62,000 nucleotides of DNA from Vicugna vicugna (lineage: Eukaryota), in NCBI GenBank assembly GCA_013265495.1, contig MU057744.1:620001-682000 (forward strand). The letters are read 5' to 3'. Shown piece after piece: positions 39,546 to 52,977 of this stretch (position 1 is the first letter of the stretch; the number at the start of each line of letters is the position of its first letter). The notes beneath the pieces were generated by a model. That model saw nothing but the letters and a program-made list of their open reading frames with translations. It had not been told where the DNA came from and searched no databases. The position numbers and the translations under genes are program-made.

Positions 39546-40425
39546 TTTAATGAAGGAGATTTGGTTCAAATTCAGATAAATATCTAGATAGTAAGATACT
39601 CATAATTGTAGATGAAGCATGACAACTTTAATGCCCCTCCATTGCCCCGCAGTGGACATGGTTTTGTGAAGGGGCAGAGGGGTGCAGGGCTGTCATGTCA
39701 AGAACCGTAACATGGTCACAATTATACAGACCCATCCATGTTTGACTACAGACCAAGTAATTGCTACATTAAAAAATTATAGATGCATGAATTTAGTCTT
39801 GGAGTACTTTCCTTTATTGGGATGTATAATGGATCTTTTTTAAAAATGTTCTTTTTAATAGGTCCCTTGAAACTTTATTGAAGAGGTCAAGGCATAATTA
39901 ATGTCTTCGTTAAGTTGTTAGAGATATCCACGCTGGTTTGTAAAGCTTATCAGACTGGATTTTAATAAGATTCTTTTATATAATTTTCTCTGCTAAATCA
40001 CTGAGAGTGCTTTAAATCCACCAAAGTATGTATACTTTACTTTAAAAACTCTTAGGTCATTGTACCAAAAGATTTGTAAACATTAAAAAATATTTTATGG
40101 GATGATATTTTCAACCAGCTAAAAGTATTAAAAACAACCCTAATATTCCTTTCTTTGCTGGGAAATTTTCCTGCTGAGGGCATCTCAGTGTCCTGCTTCC
40201 TCACGTAGGAAAGACTATACTTACGGGCAAATGTCAGTAATTCTCATAAAAGTTTCTTTCTTCTTGTTAAATTCTGAATTGCTTTTTCTGCTTAGAACAG
40301 AAAATACATAATAGTAATAAGTTCAAATGTTAAGACAAATATACAACATAGAAAAATGAAAGGCTTCTGTGATATTACACAAGAAATGACCACCAGTCAG
40401 TGGTGTGTATGCCCGCAGAGGTGTC

Positions 40426-40450
40426 TGTGTATGTGTGTGTGTGTGTGTGT
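40426..40450. repeat. (TG)n microsatellite
   Basis: tgtgtatgtgtgtgtgtgtgtgtgt. Confidence 0.9.
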
Positions 40451-41621
40451 TGTTATTATCACATCACCATTGTTGAAAAAAGAGGAACTTGAATTCACTA
40501 TTGAGCATGATTCTTAGCCAAGTGATTTACTAGCCATTTCTTATTTTAATAGTTGACATTTAATAGTTGTCTGTCTTAATTCTCAATATATTCCTATGGT
40601 TAACATGTTTCTGATTAACTTTGAGCTGTAGGCTGCATGAACTGTTCATTTTAAAAAAGAAAACTAAGTCTATCCAACACAATAGACGGGCTAAGATGTG
40701 GAAGGAAATTAAGAAGTGTTTTCATAAGAAACGCATGTTTGCTATCCATTCCTGTTAACAAAGCCAAGAGCCCAGGGGATCAGAGCAGATTAAAAATTCA
40801 CAAGAACTCTCGAAAGCTCATGGTAGCTCATTTGGAAGGCCAGGAAAACAAATTGTTCAAGTTACCAGCCAGTGAGCAAAACAGAGTATTACTCAACCTG
40901 TTCAAAGCAAGAGTTGGAAAGGACCAGTCAGGTTCGAAGTATGGAACAGGCAAAGATCTACGTGTTTCACTGCCTACTCAAAAAAATCCTGGACCACATA
41001 AAAAGATTCTTAATATACACATTCTCTATAATTTCACACACACCGCTATTTTAGACCACTTCAAAAAAATGTGTCTAATTCTATCTGATACCACACATGG
41101 AATCCACTAGTAAGACTGTAAGACTGGTGCGGTGTTTCAGGGATTCGTTCAGTTACTGTGTCTTTTCTGTGCACCTGCAGTGCTTGAGGCTTGGGGACAC
41201 AGAGGAACATAAAAGACACTCTAGGACGACAGGGAGCTCCAGACAGGTAAACAAGCAATGACAGTGGAGGTGATGAGCATTGTGACAGAGTCACACACAG
41301 GGCTCTCAGGGACACAGAGGAGGGACATCCAACCCCACCTCGGGGATCACAAAAGACTTCTTGGAAAAGCTGACTCTAGACTTCAGACTTGAGAGACTCA
41401 GTAAGTTTCAGGCAGGCCAATTTTTCCTAAACACTTTTAGTGCCCCCAAGTCTAAGACAACATTTTAAAAATGAAATCAAGGTAGTGAGTTCTTCCACAA
41501 AGTTAAGTTTATTCAATTCAAAAGATTGTCCTCTTTTCTGAAACTATGCCCTTCCTACTTTTTTAGGATATAAATAACCTTTCTTTATGATACAGCTGCC
41601 ATGTGTATGTTTAATGTCCTT

Positions 41622-42031
41622 TCTTTTTTTTTGGAGGGGGGAGTAATTAGGTTTATTTATTTCTTTATTTTAATTTGCATTATTTTTTATTGACATATAG
41701 TCAGTTCACAATGTGTCAGTTTCTGGTGTGCAGCATAATGTTTCAGTCACATACATACATATGTATTCACTTGCATACTCTTTTTCATTATAGGTTACTA
41801 CAAGATATTGAATACAGTTCCCTGTGCTATACAGGAGAAACTCATCATTTATTTTATATATAGTAGTTAGTGTCTGCACGGTTACCGGGGGTAAGGGGGT
41901 GGGAAAGGATAGATTGGGAGTTTAAGATATGGAGATACGAACTACTATTTATTTATTGTTTAATGGAGGTGCAGGGGGTTGAACCCAGGACCTCATGCAT
42001 GCATGCGCTCTGCCGCTGAGCTACACCCTCC
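41622..42031 (-). mobile_element. vic-1 type SINE interrupted by an inverted/truncated L1 3' end (~41680-41947)
   Basis: SINE tail at 41622-41675 and head at 41948-42031. Between them lie an L1 3'UTR on the minus strand and the adjoining upstream L1 piece on the plus strand. Confidence 0.8.
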
Positions 42032-42149
42032 TCTGCGATGCCCCTTCTTGACCAATTAACTGGCAATGAAAAGTGGGCAGGCTGATTGGTACTTTCCTGA
42101 AAGCATTTACTGTTTTGTTCTTGATGTGGTTATTAGTTTTACTTTTTCG

Positions 42150-42690
42150 GTGGCAGTCTATAAAATCCGTGGGTCCAGAAACCAGGACGGGCCAGGCCGG
42201 ACGCCCCAGGCCCAACCGCTCCTCGCACGGGGAGCTCCAGCTGGGAGAAACCCAGGCTCTCGGGCCACGCCCCAGGCTGCACCGCGTCCGATTTGGCACT
42301 TCAGTAAGTGATTCCTGCGCACACTCAAGTTTCGGAAGCCCTCTTCTAGAGGAGGGAAGAGCGTGTGTGAAAATTAGTGGGAGAGACTGCGGCGGCTGTT
42401 GAAGCAGGAAGAGGCTGAGCGTGGCGCTGGGGAGGCGGCAGGCGGGAGCAGACGGTGACGGCCCCTCTGCTCCAGCTGCCGGGTCGGCGACTAGTCCGCA
42501 TTCCGTCCTGGTCGGCTTTTAGCGAAGCCATGTTCCATATTGTTAAACTGTCTAACCACTTCCTGAAGAACCTCCAAACGTAGATTACAAACCCTCGGGG
42601 GGCAAATAAATACCTTGGGCCTCTTATCGCGGCAGTTAGCTGGGGCTGACAAACCAACCATGGTACCTGGTTGTGCTCTCTCCGTGGGCG
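42150..42690. promoter_or_regulatory. Small CpG-rich island ~6 kb upstream of exon 1, partly built on a MER5-like hAT relic
   Basis: Elevated CpG. The segment aagtgattcctgcgcacactcaagtttcggaagccct (~42306-42342) resembles the MER5A1 3' end. CCAAT/ATTGG motifs at ~42052 and ~42084. Confidence 0.5.
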
Positions 42691-42702
42691 ACGGAGAGTC
42701 TG

Positions 42703-43497
42703 TTTTATTTATTTTTTATCTTTTCTATTGAAGTATGGGTGATTTACAATGTGGTGTTGGCTTCTGGTGTACAGCACAGCAATTCTGTTACACATATATA
42801 TGTGCATTCTTTTTCATTATAGGATATTTAAAGATACTGAATATAGCCCCCTGTGCTGTGCAGCAGGACCTTGCTGTTTATCTATTTTACATACAGTAGT
42901 CAGTATCTGCTAACCCCACACTCCCAGCTTATCCCTTCACCTCTCCCCTTTCCCCTCTGGTAAACATTAGTTTGCGTTCTGTGTCTGTGAGTCTGTTTCT
43001 GTTTTATAAATAAGTTCACTTATATATTTTTTTAGATTCCACATATGAGTGATACTATATGATATTTGTCTTTCTCTGTCTGACTTATTTCACTCAGTAT
43101 GACAATTTCTAGGTCCATCCATGTTGCTGCAAATGGCATTATTTTATTCTTTTTATGGCTGAATAGTATTTCACCGCATAAATATACCACATCTTCTTTA
43201 ACCACTTGTCTGTTGATGGACATTTAGGTTGTTTCCATGTCTTGGCTATTGTAACTAGTGCTGCTGTGAACATTGGGGTATACATGTCTTTTCAAATTAG
43301 AATTTTCTCCAGCTATATGCCCAAGAGTGGGATTGCTGGATCATAGGGTAAGTCTATTTTCAGTTTTTTAAGGACTCTCTATACTGTTCTGCATAATGGC
43401 TGCACCAAACTTCATTCCCACCAACAGTGCACAAGGATTCCCTTTTCTCCACACCCTCTCCAGCATTTATCATTTGTGGACTTCTTCATAATGGCCA
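42703..43497 (-). mobile_element. LINE-1 3' fragment
   Basis: Peptide KIMPFAATWMDLEIVILSEISQTEKDKY plus the L1 3'UTR and a T-rich tail. Confidence 0.9.
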
Positions 43498-45380
43498 TAC
43501 CGGAATATTTCACATTTGTGTGCCTTCTGATATGGCATCCTGTTACTAAAGTGCTATTTCATGCAACAAGAGCTCAAACTTGTAAAAATTATATAATCAT
43601 TTCCTCAGTTCACCATGTAAACTAATTCGAGAGACATAGAACTGTCACATATTTGGAATCAGAACTCAATATTAGTGTACTGTGGTCCTACCTTGAGCCT
43701 AAGTGGCGTTTACCTGTGGAATTCAGATGGTGGGAGTGGTAGGGGTCCCCATAGGGCCCTCCGGGAGTAGATTTCCATGATGAAAGAAGGGTATTCTGAG
43801 AAGCTCTCATTCTAAGGCTCTCTGGTACCTAAACTCATCTAATAATAAAACTTGGGTTGCAGAAGGGAAGGGATGAAGGGAGGTACAGCCTAGTGCCTGG
43901 TATCCAGATTTGCTCCCCACCTGCATCTGAGATATTTTCTAAGTCCTGAGATGTCAAAGTGCTTGTCTCTACCCAGCTTGTGCTGACTTCAGAGCAACGC
44001 AGGAAATGTACAGGCCCCACGGGAACACAGAATGCACTTTGTAAACAGCTGACTTATGGCCAACTCTGTCCTTTTGATGCAGCTGGTCCGTGAGTAAAGT
44101 TCTGAGACAGCTGTGTGACTTTATAGTATAGATGCCGCCCAGGAGTGCCACCTTATTGAAAAGAAGATGTAGACTCTGTTTGGAAGTATAACACTATGCA
44201 ACCTGTAAAAGTAGTCCCAAACATACACTAATAGGGGGGAAAATGCAGACATTTTGTTGGAAAACCAATTGCTGAAATATCTGATAAACAAGACAGGGTG
44301 TTTCTAGATTCTAGAAATCTGAGGAATACAGGGAAGATGTTTTAAAGCCCCTCTGTGAATTGTAAAGGACCTTAAGGAAGCAAGGTATTTTAAACATCTG
44401 GGTCTATTGAATAATATAAGCTTCTGGATCTTCGTCCGTATTTTTCTTAAAAGTCAAGCCACTGTGATAGAGTAGTTTAGTCAGCAAAGCCCCAAGGCGA
44501 CATCCAGGAGCAGGTGAGCTCAGCCACTTGACTTACTCTATGTGATTTCTGGAAGGTACTCCCCTTTCCCTCCCGCCCTCCCTCCCTCCAACAGCCCTAA
44601 GAATCAGGTACCAGCAACCTAAAGTAAAAGCAAAGATTTTATAGCCCTGCTTCTGCTCTTGCTGCTCATACTGCACGACTTTCTACTCCAGACATTAACA
44701 GCATCAGCCAAGAACCTGAGGTCATCGAGTCAAAGGAATAGATGGCCAGGAAATGTACGATAAAGCACTGTCCAAGGGCACTTGCCCCTCAGCATAACCT
44801 CTCCTGGCTTGTTTCTGGCCCCACCTAGAGCACCACCTCTGGACCTCAGCTGCAGGCCAATGATTGGGTCTCAGAGACAGTGAGGGTTTCCTGACAGAAT
44901 GCAGACAGCACCGTCTCTACTGGGCAGCTGTGCCTCGGTTCATTGTTGGAAACCTGGCTTGGAACCCTGAGCTTGCCCTCCACCACGCCCAACTCAGGCA
45001 ACCCCGCACGCTGAGCTCTTCACACCTGGAAGGCAGCTATCAGGTGAGCATCTCACCCACCATGGCTGATTCTTAAGAAAGAGAAATGACATTAGAACAT
45101 TCATCCCTGGGGCCAATGCACTTGCAGGTGTGTGGGAGCTTCCTAAAATAGGATCAATTCAAGTCAGGCATATAATGGACATCTTCAAAAATAAGACACA
45201 CCCTTGGCCACTGGGGACTGGTTTAGCCAAGGAGGTGTGTATGATGGGAAATGGTTGCGTGCCAACAATATTCACCTCAAGTGCCACCTCTGCTTACCGG
45301 TTCCCTAACCAGATGCCTGAGAATTAGTGAAAGACACCATTTATAGGGAAAGAGAACAGGGAAAAAAACACATTCCTCAA

Positions 45381-45685
45381 GCACTATGAACTCATCTACA
45401 AAACGGACTCACAGACATAGTAAACAATCTTATGGTTACCAGAGAAACGGAGTGGGAAGGCATAAATTTGGGAGTTTGAGATTTACAAATGTTAGCCACT
45501 ATATATAAAAATAGATTTGAGAAGTTTCTTCTGTATAGCACAAGGAACTATGTTCAATATCTTGTAATAACCTTTAATAAAAAAGAGTATGAAATATATA
45601 TATGCATGACTGGGACACTGTGCTGTGCACCAGAAATCGACACATTGTAACTGACTGTACTTCAATTAAAAAAACAAAAATAAAC
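45381..45685 (+). mobile_element. LINE-1 3'UTR fragment with TSD
   Basis: L1 3'UTR; 17-bp TSD aaaaaca(c/t)attcctcaa at 45364-45380 and 45686-45702. Confidence 0.88.
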
Positions 45686-46698
45686 AAAAACATATTCCTC
45701 AAATGGATACTCTTCACATCATGCACATATTCGTCTTTTCCCCTCTAATTAGAACTGTCATCTCTCTTGCATAGTAAAGTTCTTTCTATTTTCTAGGCTG
45801 TTTGTGAACTGTCTAGAATGGAGAAATATAGATCTATCAACTGAGAGCCCTGGAAATGGGTCTTAATTTCCAGAAGTTCTTCAGAAGAAGAACTGCCATC
45901 CCATTTTTTTCTGTAGCTGCTATGACGTGCATAGCACTGTGCCTTCTGTCTTGTAAATACAAGTGATGGATTATGTCACCTGAGTTCTGTCATTGTCCCA
46001 AACAGGTATTCTTTTTCCTCACCACGTGATCAACTTCAGGGATTGAAGAGGGAGGAATAAAGGAAGAATACATCCCATTCAAAACTAATTTACCAGTCTA
46101 TGTGAAAAAAAAAATCAGTAGTCTTGCCTTATACTGTCTTCCCCTCTGGAGAATCAACAGCAAAGACATTCTGAAGACACAAAAGAGAAGAGTGTAGGTT
46201 GCAAGATCTAAAAGTAACTTTATTGCTTGGTTCTTCTAAGGCAAGAAAGCTGTGTCAGTTTATTATTCAGTATAAATTTCATAATTCGGTACTAACATCT
46301 TAACAGCGACTCTCACCTCTTTGCCACGCCTGGTAAGTACTTTAAGCCAGAAATGACCATGTGCAGTAGGTTTGAGTGTGTATTCTACCTACAGGTTTTC
46401 CTAAAAACTCACATCAGTCCTGCCTGGATGGAATGCCCACGTACAGTATAGGACTCACCACCTATTTTTACCAACAGTGTTTTTTTTTTTAAAACAATCT
46501 TGGCTTAGGGTTTTCTTCCTCTGTGCCTGTATCTTATCCATGGAAAACTGTCTCCTTGACCGCCCAGCTGTGAAACCCCAACAGCAGCTTTCCTAGCACT
46601 CGTCAAATGTCCCTGGAATTCCACTTCTTACTCAAAGATTTTGCTTCTCCAAATGGGAATGACCAAGTATGGCTGCACATCGCCCTGTAAGTAACTTC

Positions 46699-46775
46699 AG
46701 GGCGCGTGGCTCAGTGGTGGAGCACGTGCCTAGCATGAGCAGAGTCCTGGGCTCAGTCCTTGGTATTTTCACTAA
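46699..46775 (+). mobile_element. Short tRNA-derived SINE head
   Basis: gtggctcagtggtggagcacgtgcctagcatgagcagagtcctgggctcagtcc. Confidence 0.75.
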
Positions 46776-47409
46776 CCTTTTTTTTTTTAAGTTCCAGTTA
46801 GCTTCCTTTGACGAAGGACAAAGGAAGGTAAAGTGGGTCCACTTTACCACCATTCGGGTCAGCTAAATATGCCCCAGTGCTTCATGGGGTGCCAGTTATT
46901 ACGATAATTCAGATGATCCTCTTTTTTTTTTTTTCTGAAGTTCCCAGAATTCTGTCATTTGGGTTGCTCTTTTCTCATGAATGTATGGGGGGCATTTGTT
47001 ATTTCACTCATGGTAAAATTCGAGCCTGGAGGATTAGGTAATTTACTGTTAGTAACGGGCAGGGCAGGGCTGAAACTCAGGTTTTTTGATTCTAAATTTC
47101 CAAGCAAGTCATGACGGAGTAATAGCTGCAAAACTTCCTAACTGGATCTCTTGAAAGGGTTTCCGAAGAAGCACTTTGGCCAGACTCTAATTTTAGGGTT
47201 CAAGCGCTAACAGCACTGTCACGTTTCACCCGCTGTGCAGTTTCTCTGTGTGGCAAACCCGCTCTCACTGCAGGGAACAGTCAAATATTCTTTCCAGAGT
47301 CTTTGCTGTGCTTTAATGATAGAACACTATTCCAAGAAAATGTATATGTGATGACATTATGATATTGAAGATGCACACTCTCCCTGCACAGTTACTTTCG
47401 AGGGGAAAA

Positions 47410-47968
47410 AATGGGTGTTAGAATTACCATATGACACAGCAATTTCACTTCTGGGTGTAGACCCCCAAAGGAGAGAAAGCAGGGACTTGGACAGATACTT
47501 GTAACTCTGATGTTCACAGCAGCATTATTCACAAGAATCAAAAGGTGGAAGCAACCCCAGTATCTACAGATGAACGAATGGATAAACAAAATGCGGTGCA
47601 TGCAACAATGGAATACAATTCAGCCTTTAAAAGGAAGGAAGTTCTGAGACCCTGCTGCAACATGGATGAACCTGGAAGACGTTACGCTGGGTGAAACCAG
47701 CCAGCCACAAAGGGAAATACATGATGTGATTCCACTCCTATGAGGCACTTAGAGTAAAATTCACGGAGACAGAGGAGAATGATGGTTGCCAGAGGGAGGA
47801 AAGAGTGGGGAGTCAGTGTTTAATGGGGACAGAGTATTAGTTGAGGAGGATGAAAAAGTTCTGGAGATGGATGATGGTGATGGTTGCACACAATGTGAAG
47901 GTACTTAATGCCACAACTATACACTAACAATGGTTCAAATGGTAAATTCCATGTTACATATATTTTAT
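47410..47968 (+). mobile_element. L1MB-like 3' fragment
   Basis: gaattaccatatgac...gcagcattattcacaa...gttctggagatggatgatggtgatggttgcac. Confidence 0.85.
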
Positions 47969-47974
47969 CACACA

Positions 47975-48010
<36 letters not shown>
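47969..48010. repeat. (CA)n microsatellite
   Basis: About 20 CA units with one interruption, at an L1 tail. Confidence 0.95.
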
Positions 48011-48013
<3 letters not shown>

Positions 48014-48287
48014 AACAGGAGAGAACAGTTAACCCTGATCTGGAGGGAGGAGTGTAAGGAAGGCTTCTCAGAGGAGGTGGCTTTGTCTTGAAAGATGACG
48101 AGAGGTTTGGCAGGCAGGACAGAAGGAAAAGGTATTCTAGGCTGAGGGCTTCTGGAAGTAGGAAGGCAATTAACAAGGTCATGTTCAAGGAAGAGCAAAG
48201 AATCCACGTGACCAGATACTTGCAGGTGACGGCGCACTTGCAGGTTAGCTACAGGAGACGAAGCTGCAATGGCGGGGGCTGGGGGGG

Positions 48288-50496
48288 GCAGAGAGTAGGT
48301 TTTGGCTCCTGCATGACATGCAGCGAGTTTGGGCTTTATTCTGCAGGAAGCGGGAAGCCACAGGAGTCCTTTAAACTTGGGGACCTGACCAAGCTTGCGT
48401 TTTGGAAAGATAACGTTCAGCCGTTGTGTGAGGAGTGGGTGGGAGGGGAAAGAGGCCCGAGGCGGGGAGACTCTTGCAATATCCTGAGAGAGAGAGAGAG
48501 AGAAAGGGGGGCGGGAATGAGCAGGCTGAGAGGATGTGGGCATGGAGAGGGCTGTGGGGACCAGCAGGAGGTGGGCAGCGAGGAGGGCAACCCAGGCTAC
48601 TTGGCTTCTGAGTGGATGGAGTTGTCTCTTCATCCATTTCTGTCTTTTCCTCTTCTTCATCCACATCCCCCAGCCCGGCTGACCCACCCACGAGCTCTCC
48701 AGGTCTCTTGCATCAGAACAGTTGCTCAACACTCCCTCCGACCTTGACCCTCCTTGGGCTTGCTCTTACCTCCCAACCTCTAAATCCCTGGATCCCATAC
48801 TGTCCTCAGCCCATGTGGCAGGCGCTCTGCCTCCTCCTGGCTTTCCCTCAGATCTCACCCGCAGCCTGCCCTTCCCCTACAGCTCCAGCCTTGGAATTTC
48901 TTCTTTATCCCTTCGTAATTCCCCACTCCAAGCCTTAGTTCTGGGCTGGCTCCCTCCTTCTCCTAGACCAGTCTCCAGCCTCCAAGATAGAGGGCCATGA
49001 GACATCCTTAGCATAGATCAGGAATATAACAGAGGCTGATGGCTTAATGAGGACTAGCAGTGAGGGGTGGGGAGGAGGAGAAGGCGCATTTTGGATGAGG
49101 TGGGTTGGAGGCACCTTGTCTGACAGCATCCCACGAGCCCACATGCACCCACTTATTGCGTAAGTCCTTGTGACTATGCCACACCCAAGATAAGCAATGT
49201 CAGTTTCCTGACATCCAAGAACCAGAGCCGGCATCTCTCCAGTGAGGGGCACTGGCTCACCCTACTCCGGAGGAATATCTTCACTCTCCTTCCTTTGGGC
49301 AGCAGTCTGGAGGAAGCAACTCCTGCGAGCACCAGGGCTGCCAGCAATTCATCTGCTAATCACCTTTTCCAGTGGTTCTCAGCTCTCAGCCAGCAGAGAG
49401 TAGGTTTTGGCTCCTGCATGACATGCAGCGAGTTTGGGCTTTATTCTGCAGGAAGCGGGAAGCCACAGGAGTCCTTTAAACTTGGGGACCTGACCAAGCT
49501 TGCGTTTTGGAAAGATAACGTTCAGCCGTTGTGTGAGGAGTGGGTGGGAGGGGAAAGAGGCCCGAGGCGGGGAGACTCTTGCAATATCCTGAGAGAGAGA
49601 GAGAGAGAAAGGGGGGCGGGAATGAGCAGGCTGAGAGGATGTGGGCATGGAGAGGGCTGTGGGGACCAGCAGGAGGTGGGCAGCGAGGAGGGCAACCCAG
49701 GCTACTTGGCTTCTGAGTGGATGGAGTTGTCTCTTCATCCATTTCTGTCTTTTCCTCTTCTTCATCCACATCCCCCAGCCCGGCTGACCCACCCACGAGC
49801 TCTCCAGGTCTCTTGCATCAGAACAGTTGCTCAACACTCCCTCCGACCTTGACCCTCCTTGGGCTTGCTCTTACCTCCCAACCTCTAAATCCCTGGATCC
49901 CATACTGTCCTCAGCCCATGTGGCAGGCGCTCTGCCTCCTCCTGGCTTTCCCTCAGATCTCACCCGCAGCCTGCCCTTCCCCTACAGCTCCAGCCTTGGA
50001 ATTTCTTCTTTATCCCTTCGTAATTCCCCACTCCAAGCCTTAGTTCTGGGCTGGCTCCCTCCTTCTCCTAGACCAGTCTCCAGCCTCCAAGATAGAGGGC
50101 CATGAGACATCCTTAGCATAGATCAGGAATATAACAGAGGCTGATGGCTTAATGAGGACTAGCAGTGAGGGGTGGGGAGGAGGAGAAGGCGCATTTTGGA
50201 TGAGGTGGGTTGGAGGCACCTTGTCTGACAGCATCCCACGAGCCCACATGCACCCACTTATTGCGTAAGTCCTTGTGACTATGCCACACCCAAGATAAGC
50301 AATGTCAGTTTCCTGACATCCAAGAACCAGAGCCGGCATCTCTCCAGTGAGGGGCACTGGCTCACCCTACTCCGGAGGAATATCTTCACTCTCCTTCCTT
50401 TGGGCAGCAGTCTGGAGGAAGCAACTCCTGCGAGCACCAGGGCTGCCAGCAATTCATCTGCTAATCACCTTTTCCAGTGGTTCTCAGCTCTCAGCC
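48288..50496. repeat. Tandem duplication: 48288-49391 and 49393-50496 (1104 bp each)
   Basis: Identical ORF translations recur at a 1105-bp offset. Boundaries were read directly; a single A at 49392 separates the copies. Confidence 0.97.
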
Positions 50497-51639
50497 TGTA
50501 CCCAGCCTGACCCCAAAGTTGCCTTGCCCACACACTCGGCTGCCGCTGGGATGTCTCAGAAACACATTACCTTTTTCAGGTGAGCAAGGAGCTCTTCCCT
50601 TTGGTCGTCATGCTGTAGGCATCTTCCCTGCAGGCTAATTAGCAACCATCAACTCTTGCTGCAGTGAAACTGGAATCCTCCGCGCTGTTTTGCAAATGGG
50701 GTCACTTGTTCGTGGTTAACTTCTGGCTTCCGTCCTGCTGACTTCAGACAGAATCACGCTCCTGGCATTGTAAGAACCTGCACAGTTGAGTCAAACAGCT
50801 TGAAACCCCACTGGATGGCAAAGGCAAACTCTGCTGCATTCTCGCATGTCACCGGATGAAGCCACAGGAGCAGATGGTGGAGGAATAGCTTCGTGCACCA
50901 CAAGAACCTCACAACACAACTTCCCCGTGGAAGAGCAGACACGTGGCCACGGGGGACGATGCACCAGGCACCCTGGCACTACAGCTGTGCTTGTCAGAGC
51001 CAAGTCGGCATTGGAAAGGGCTTCTTGTAAGCTTTCCCCTGCGGCGAGGGGCCAGGCAGTCTCTGTGTTGCCAGGAAGGCGAGTGGCCCTCCCTGCCTCT
51101 GGCTCTTTGGCGAGTGGCCATGCTTGGATCACATGGGGAATTTGGCAAAACAAGTCCGATGCCTTTGCAGTGTGGCTGCGGCTGGGATTTCCAGTTAGTG
51201 ATTCTTGTGGTGGCTCCCATGAGTCAGAGCGCCATGATTCTCCTGCAGAGGGGAGGGCCCGAGAGCACCTCCTCGAGGGTCATCATTACTCTGGTTTTGA
51301 GAATTCTGCAGTTCTTGGAGGACACAGAACCAAACTAAACACCAAAGTGTGAGTCCTGAGCCTAGCCACTGTCACCCACCCTCTGGTTACAAATGCACCA
51401 AACTCATGGTGTAGTTCAGTGAGGGACTTCTGCCCTTCTTTGATGCTGACTTCTGTCTCTCTCCTTTTTCTTTTCCTGCTATTACTCTTTTTTTTTTTTA
51501 ATTTTGATTTTAAAATATTGTCATCTTTTTAACCCCATGCTGATTATGGATTTCTGAATTAGTATTTTTTTAACCAATACATGGGCATCTATATGTATAC
51601 ATAAAAACAATAAATTGTTACCTTTTACGAAGCATTTAA

Positions 51640-51810
51640 GCCGGGTCCTAGGTTAGCACTTTGCAAACATTATCGTATTTCATCTTCACAGCAAGTCTGC
51701 CAGGTAAGTGTTTGTGTCCATTTTGTAGATAAGAAATCTGAGACTTTCCACTGCTTTTCAGTGGTGGCAGTAAGCAGTTTAACTTCCAGTTCCATGCTCT
51801 TAACTGCTTA
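51640..51810 (-). mobile_element. MIR
   Basis: agcactttgc...atcttcacagcaagtctgccaggtaag...ccattttgtagataagaaatctgagact. Confidence 0.7.
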
Positions 51811-52069
51811 CTAGGCTGCTGTTTGTGTGTGTGAGTGTATGTGAGATGCACGGACGTGCGTATAGTCTATAGAGAAAGTGTGCAACAAATATTTGTTGAA
51901 TTACTGTCATGAATTGTATTATTAGCTCAGAACTTTCAGTGTTACTGCTGAAGCCAGCAAGTGGTGCTAATTACGGTATATTCTGGGCACAGATTATAGC
52001 TAAACAACTTCATATTATAACATCATGGTGGAGCCTAGAACAATGGCTGTTAAAGTGGATGCTTACAGA

Positions 52070-52232
52070 GGGGAGGGTATATCTCAGTGGTAGGGTGCAC
52101 GCCTAGCATGCACAAGGTCCTGGGTTCAATCTCCAGTAACTCCATTCATAAACAAACAAACAAACCTAATCGCCTCCTCCCCCCCTCCAAAAAAAGAAAA
52201 AAAAACACAAGAAAAAAGTGTTAAAAAATTTT
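52070..52232 (+). mobile_element. tRNA-derived SINE (vic-1 type)
   Basis: ggggagggtatatctcagtggtag... head; TSD AAGTGGATGCTTA at 52053-52065 and 52233-52245. Confidence 0.9.
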
Positions 52233-52977
52233 AAGTGGATGCTTATAAGAGAGATTATCGCATGCCTTATGGGTCTCCATGTCCACGCCCAGCTGAACAC
52301 GCAAGCACCTGGCACAGGCTTTGTAAGTAGTTCCTAAACAAATAGTTGTAAGTCCGTTCTAATGTATTTCGTGTCCTCTTGATAAATATCCTCCCAATGA
52401 GCAGTGCTTGCAATCCCTGCTTGTGACGTCTAGCACTGTCTGGCCGCGTCTGCGACCCGCCCAGCCACCCTCGGTGAAACGAGGGTAGGTTAATGGTCTT
52501 TACCATTCTTGTGTCAGCCGAGGTTTAAGTCAGTGACACACCCAACAGAAGAGCTGTAAAGGTGAAAGGGACAGACAGAACACGAAAACGGTCTGAAAGC
52601 TGTTGCTAATAAAGTCACCATCAACGTACACCTCCAGGGAAAAAAATTCCTTCTCTATGGTGAAAGGTTTGTTAGCTTGGTTTCACGCTGTAACACAACA
52701 AAAGGCCCTGAAGTATTTTGAATACCTGTGAAGACTCCCCTGGCCAAGAGTTACATGCATTTCTCATGGTATTTCCTGCCTCACTTAATACCACTGCTGT
52801 GTGATTACCTACCGGGGCTTGATGGACTGAGCTAATGTTTTCTTCCTGAAAGCTTTCTGGAGGAAGAACTACCTTGGGCCTATTTGGGACTTAGAGATCT
52901 TTGTTACAAATAGGATACAAGTGACTCATCTGGAAGACAGAGAACCTTCACAGGTCTCAACCACGGAAACGCTCTTT

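Noticed and set aside
46699..46775. tRNA-like sequence (also the other SINE heads)
   Set aside because: Degenerate B box, no intact cloverleaf, and it matches the SINE family head; not a tRNA gene.
47968..50357. Repeated 100-250 aa ORFs suggesting a duplicated gene
   Set aside because: They derive from L2-like and microsatellite DNA within the tandem duplication; open frames on both strands and no coding signature.
50791..51352. Cluster of overlapping 100-170 aa ORFs ending near a GTGAGT
   Set aside because: No recognisable homology or clear acceptor; moderate GC content suffices to explain the open frames.
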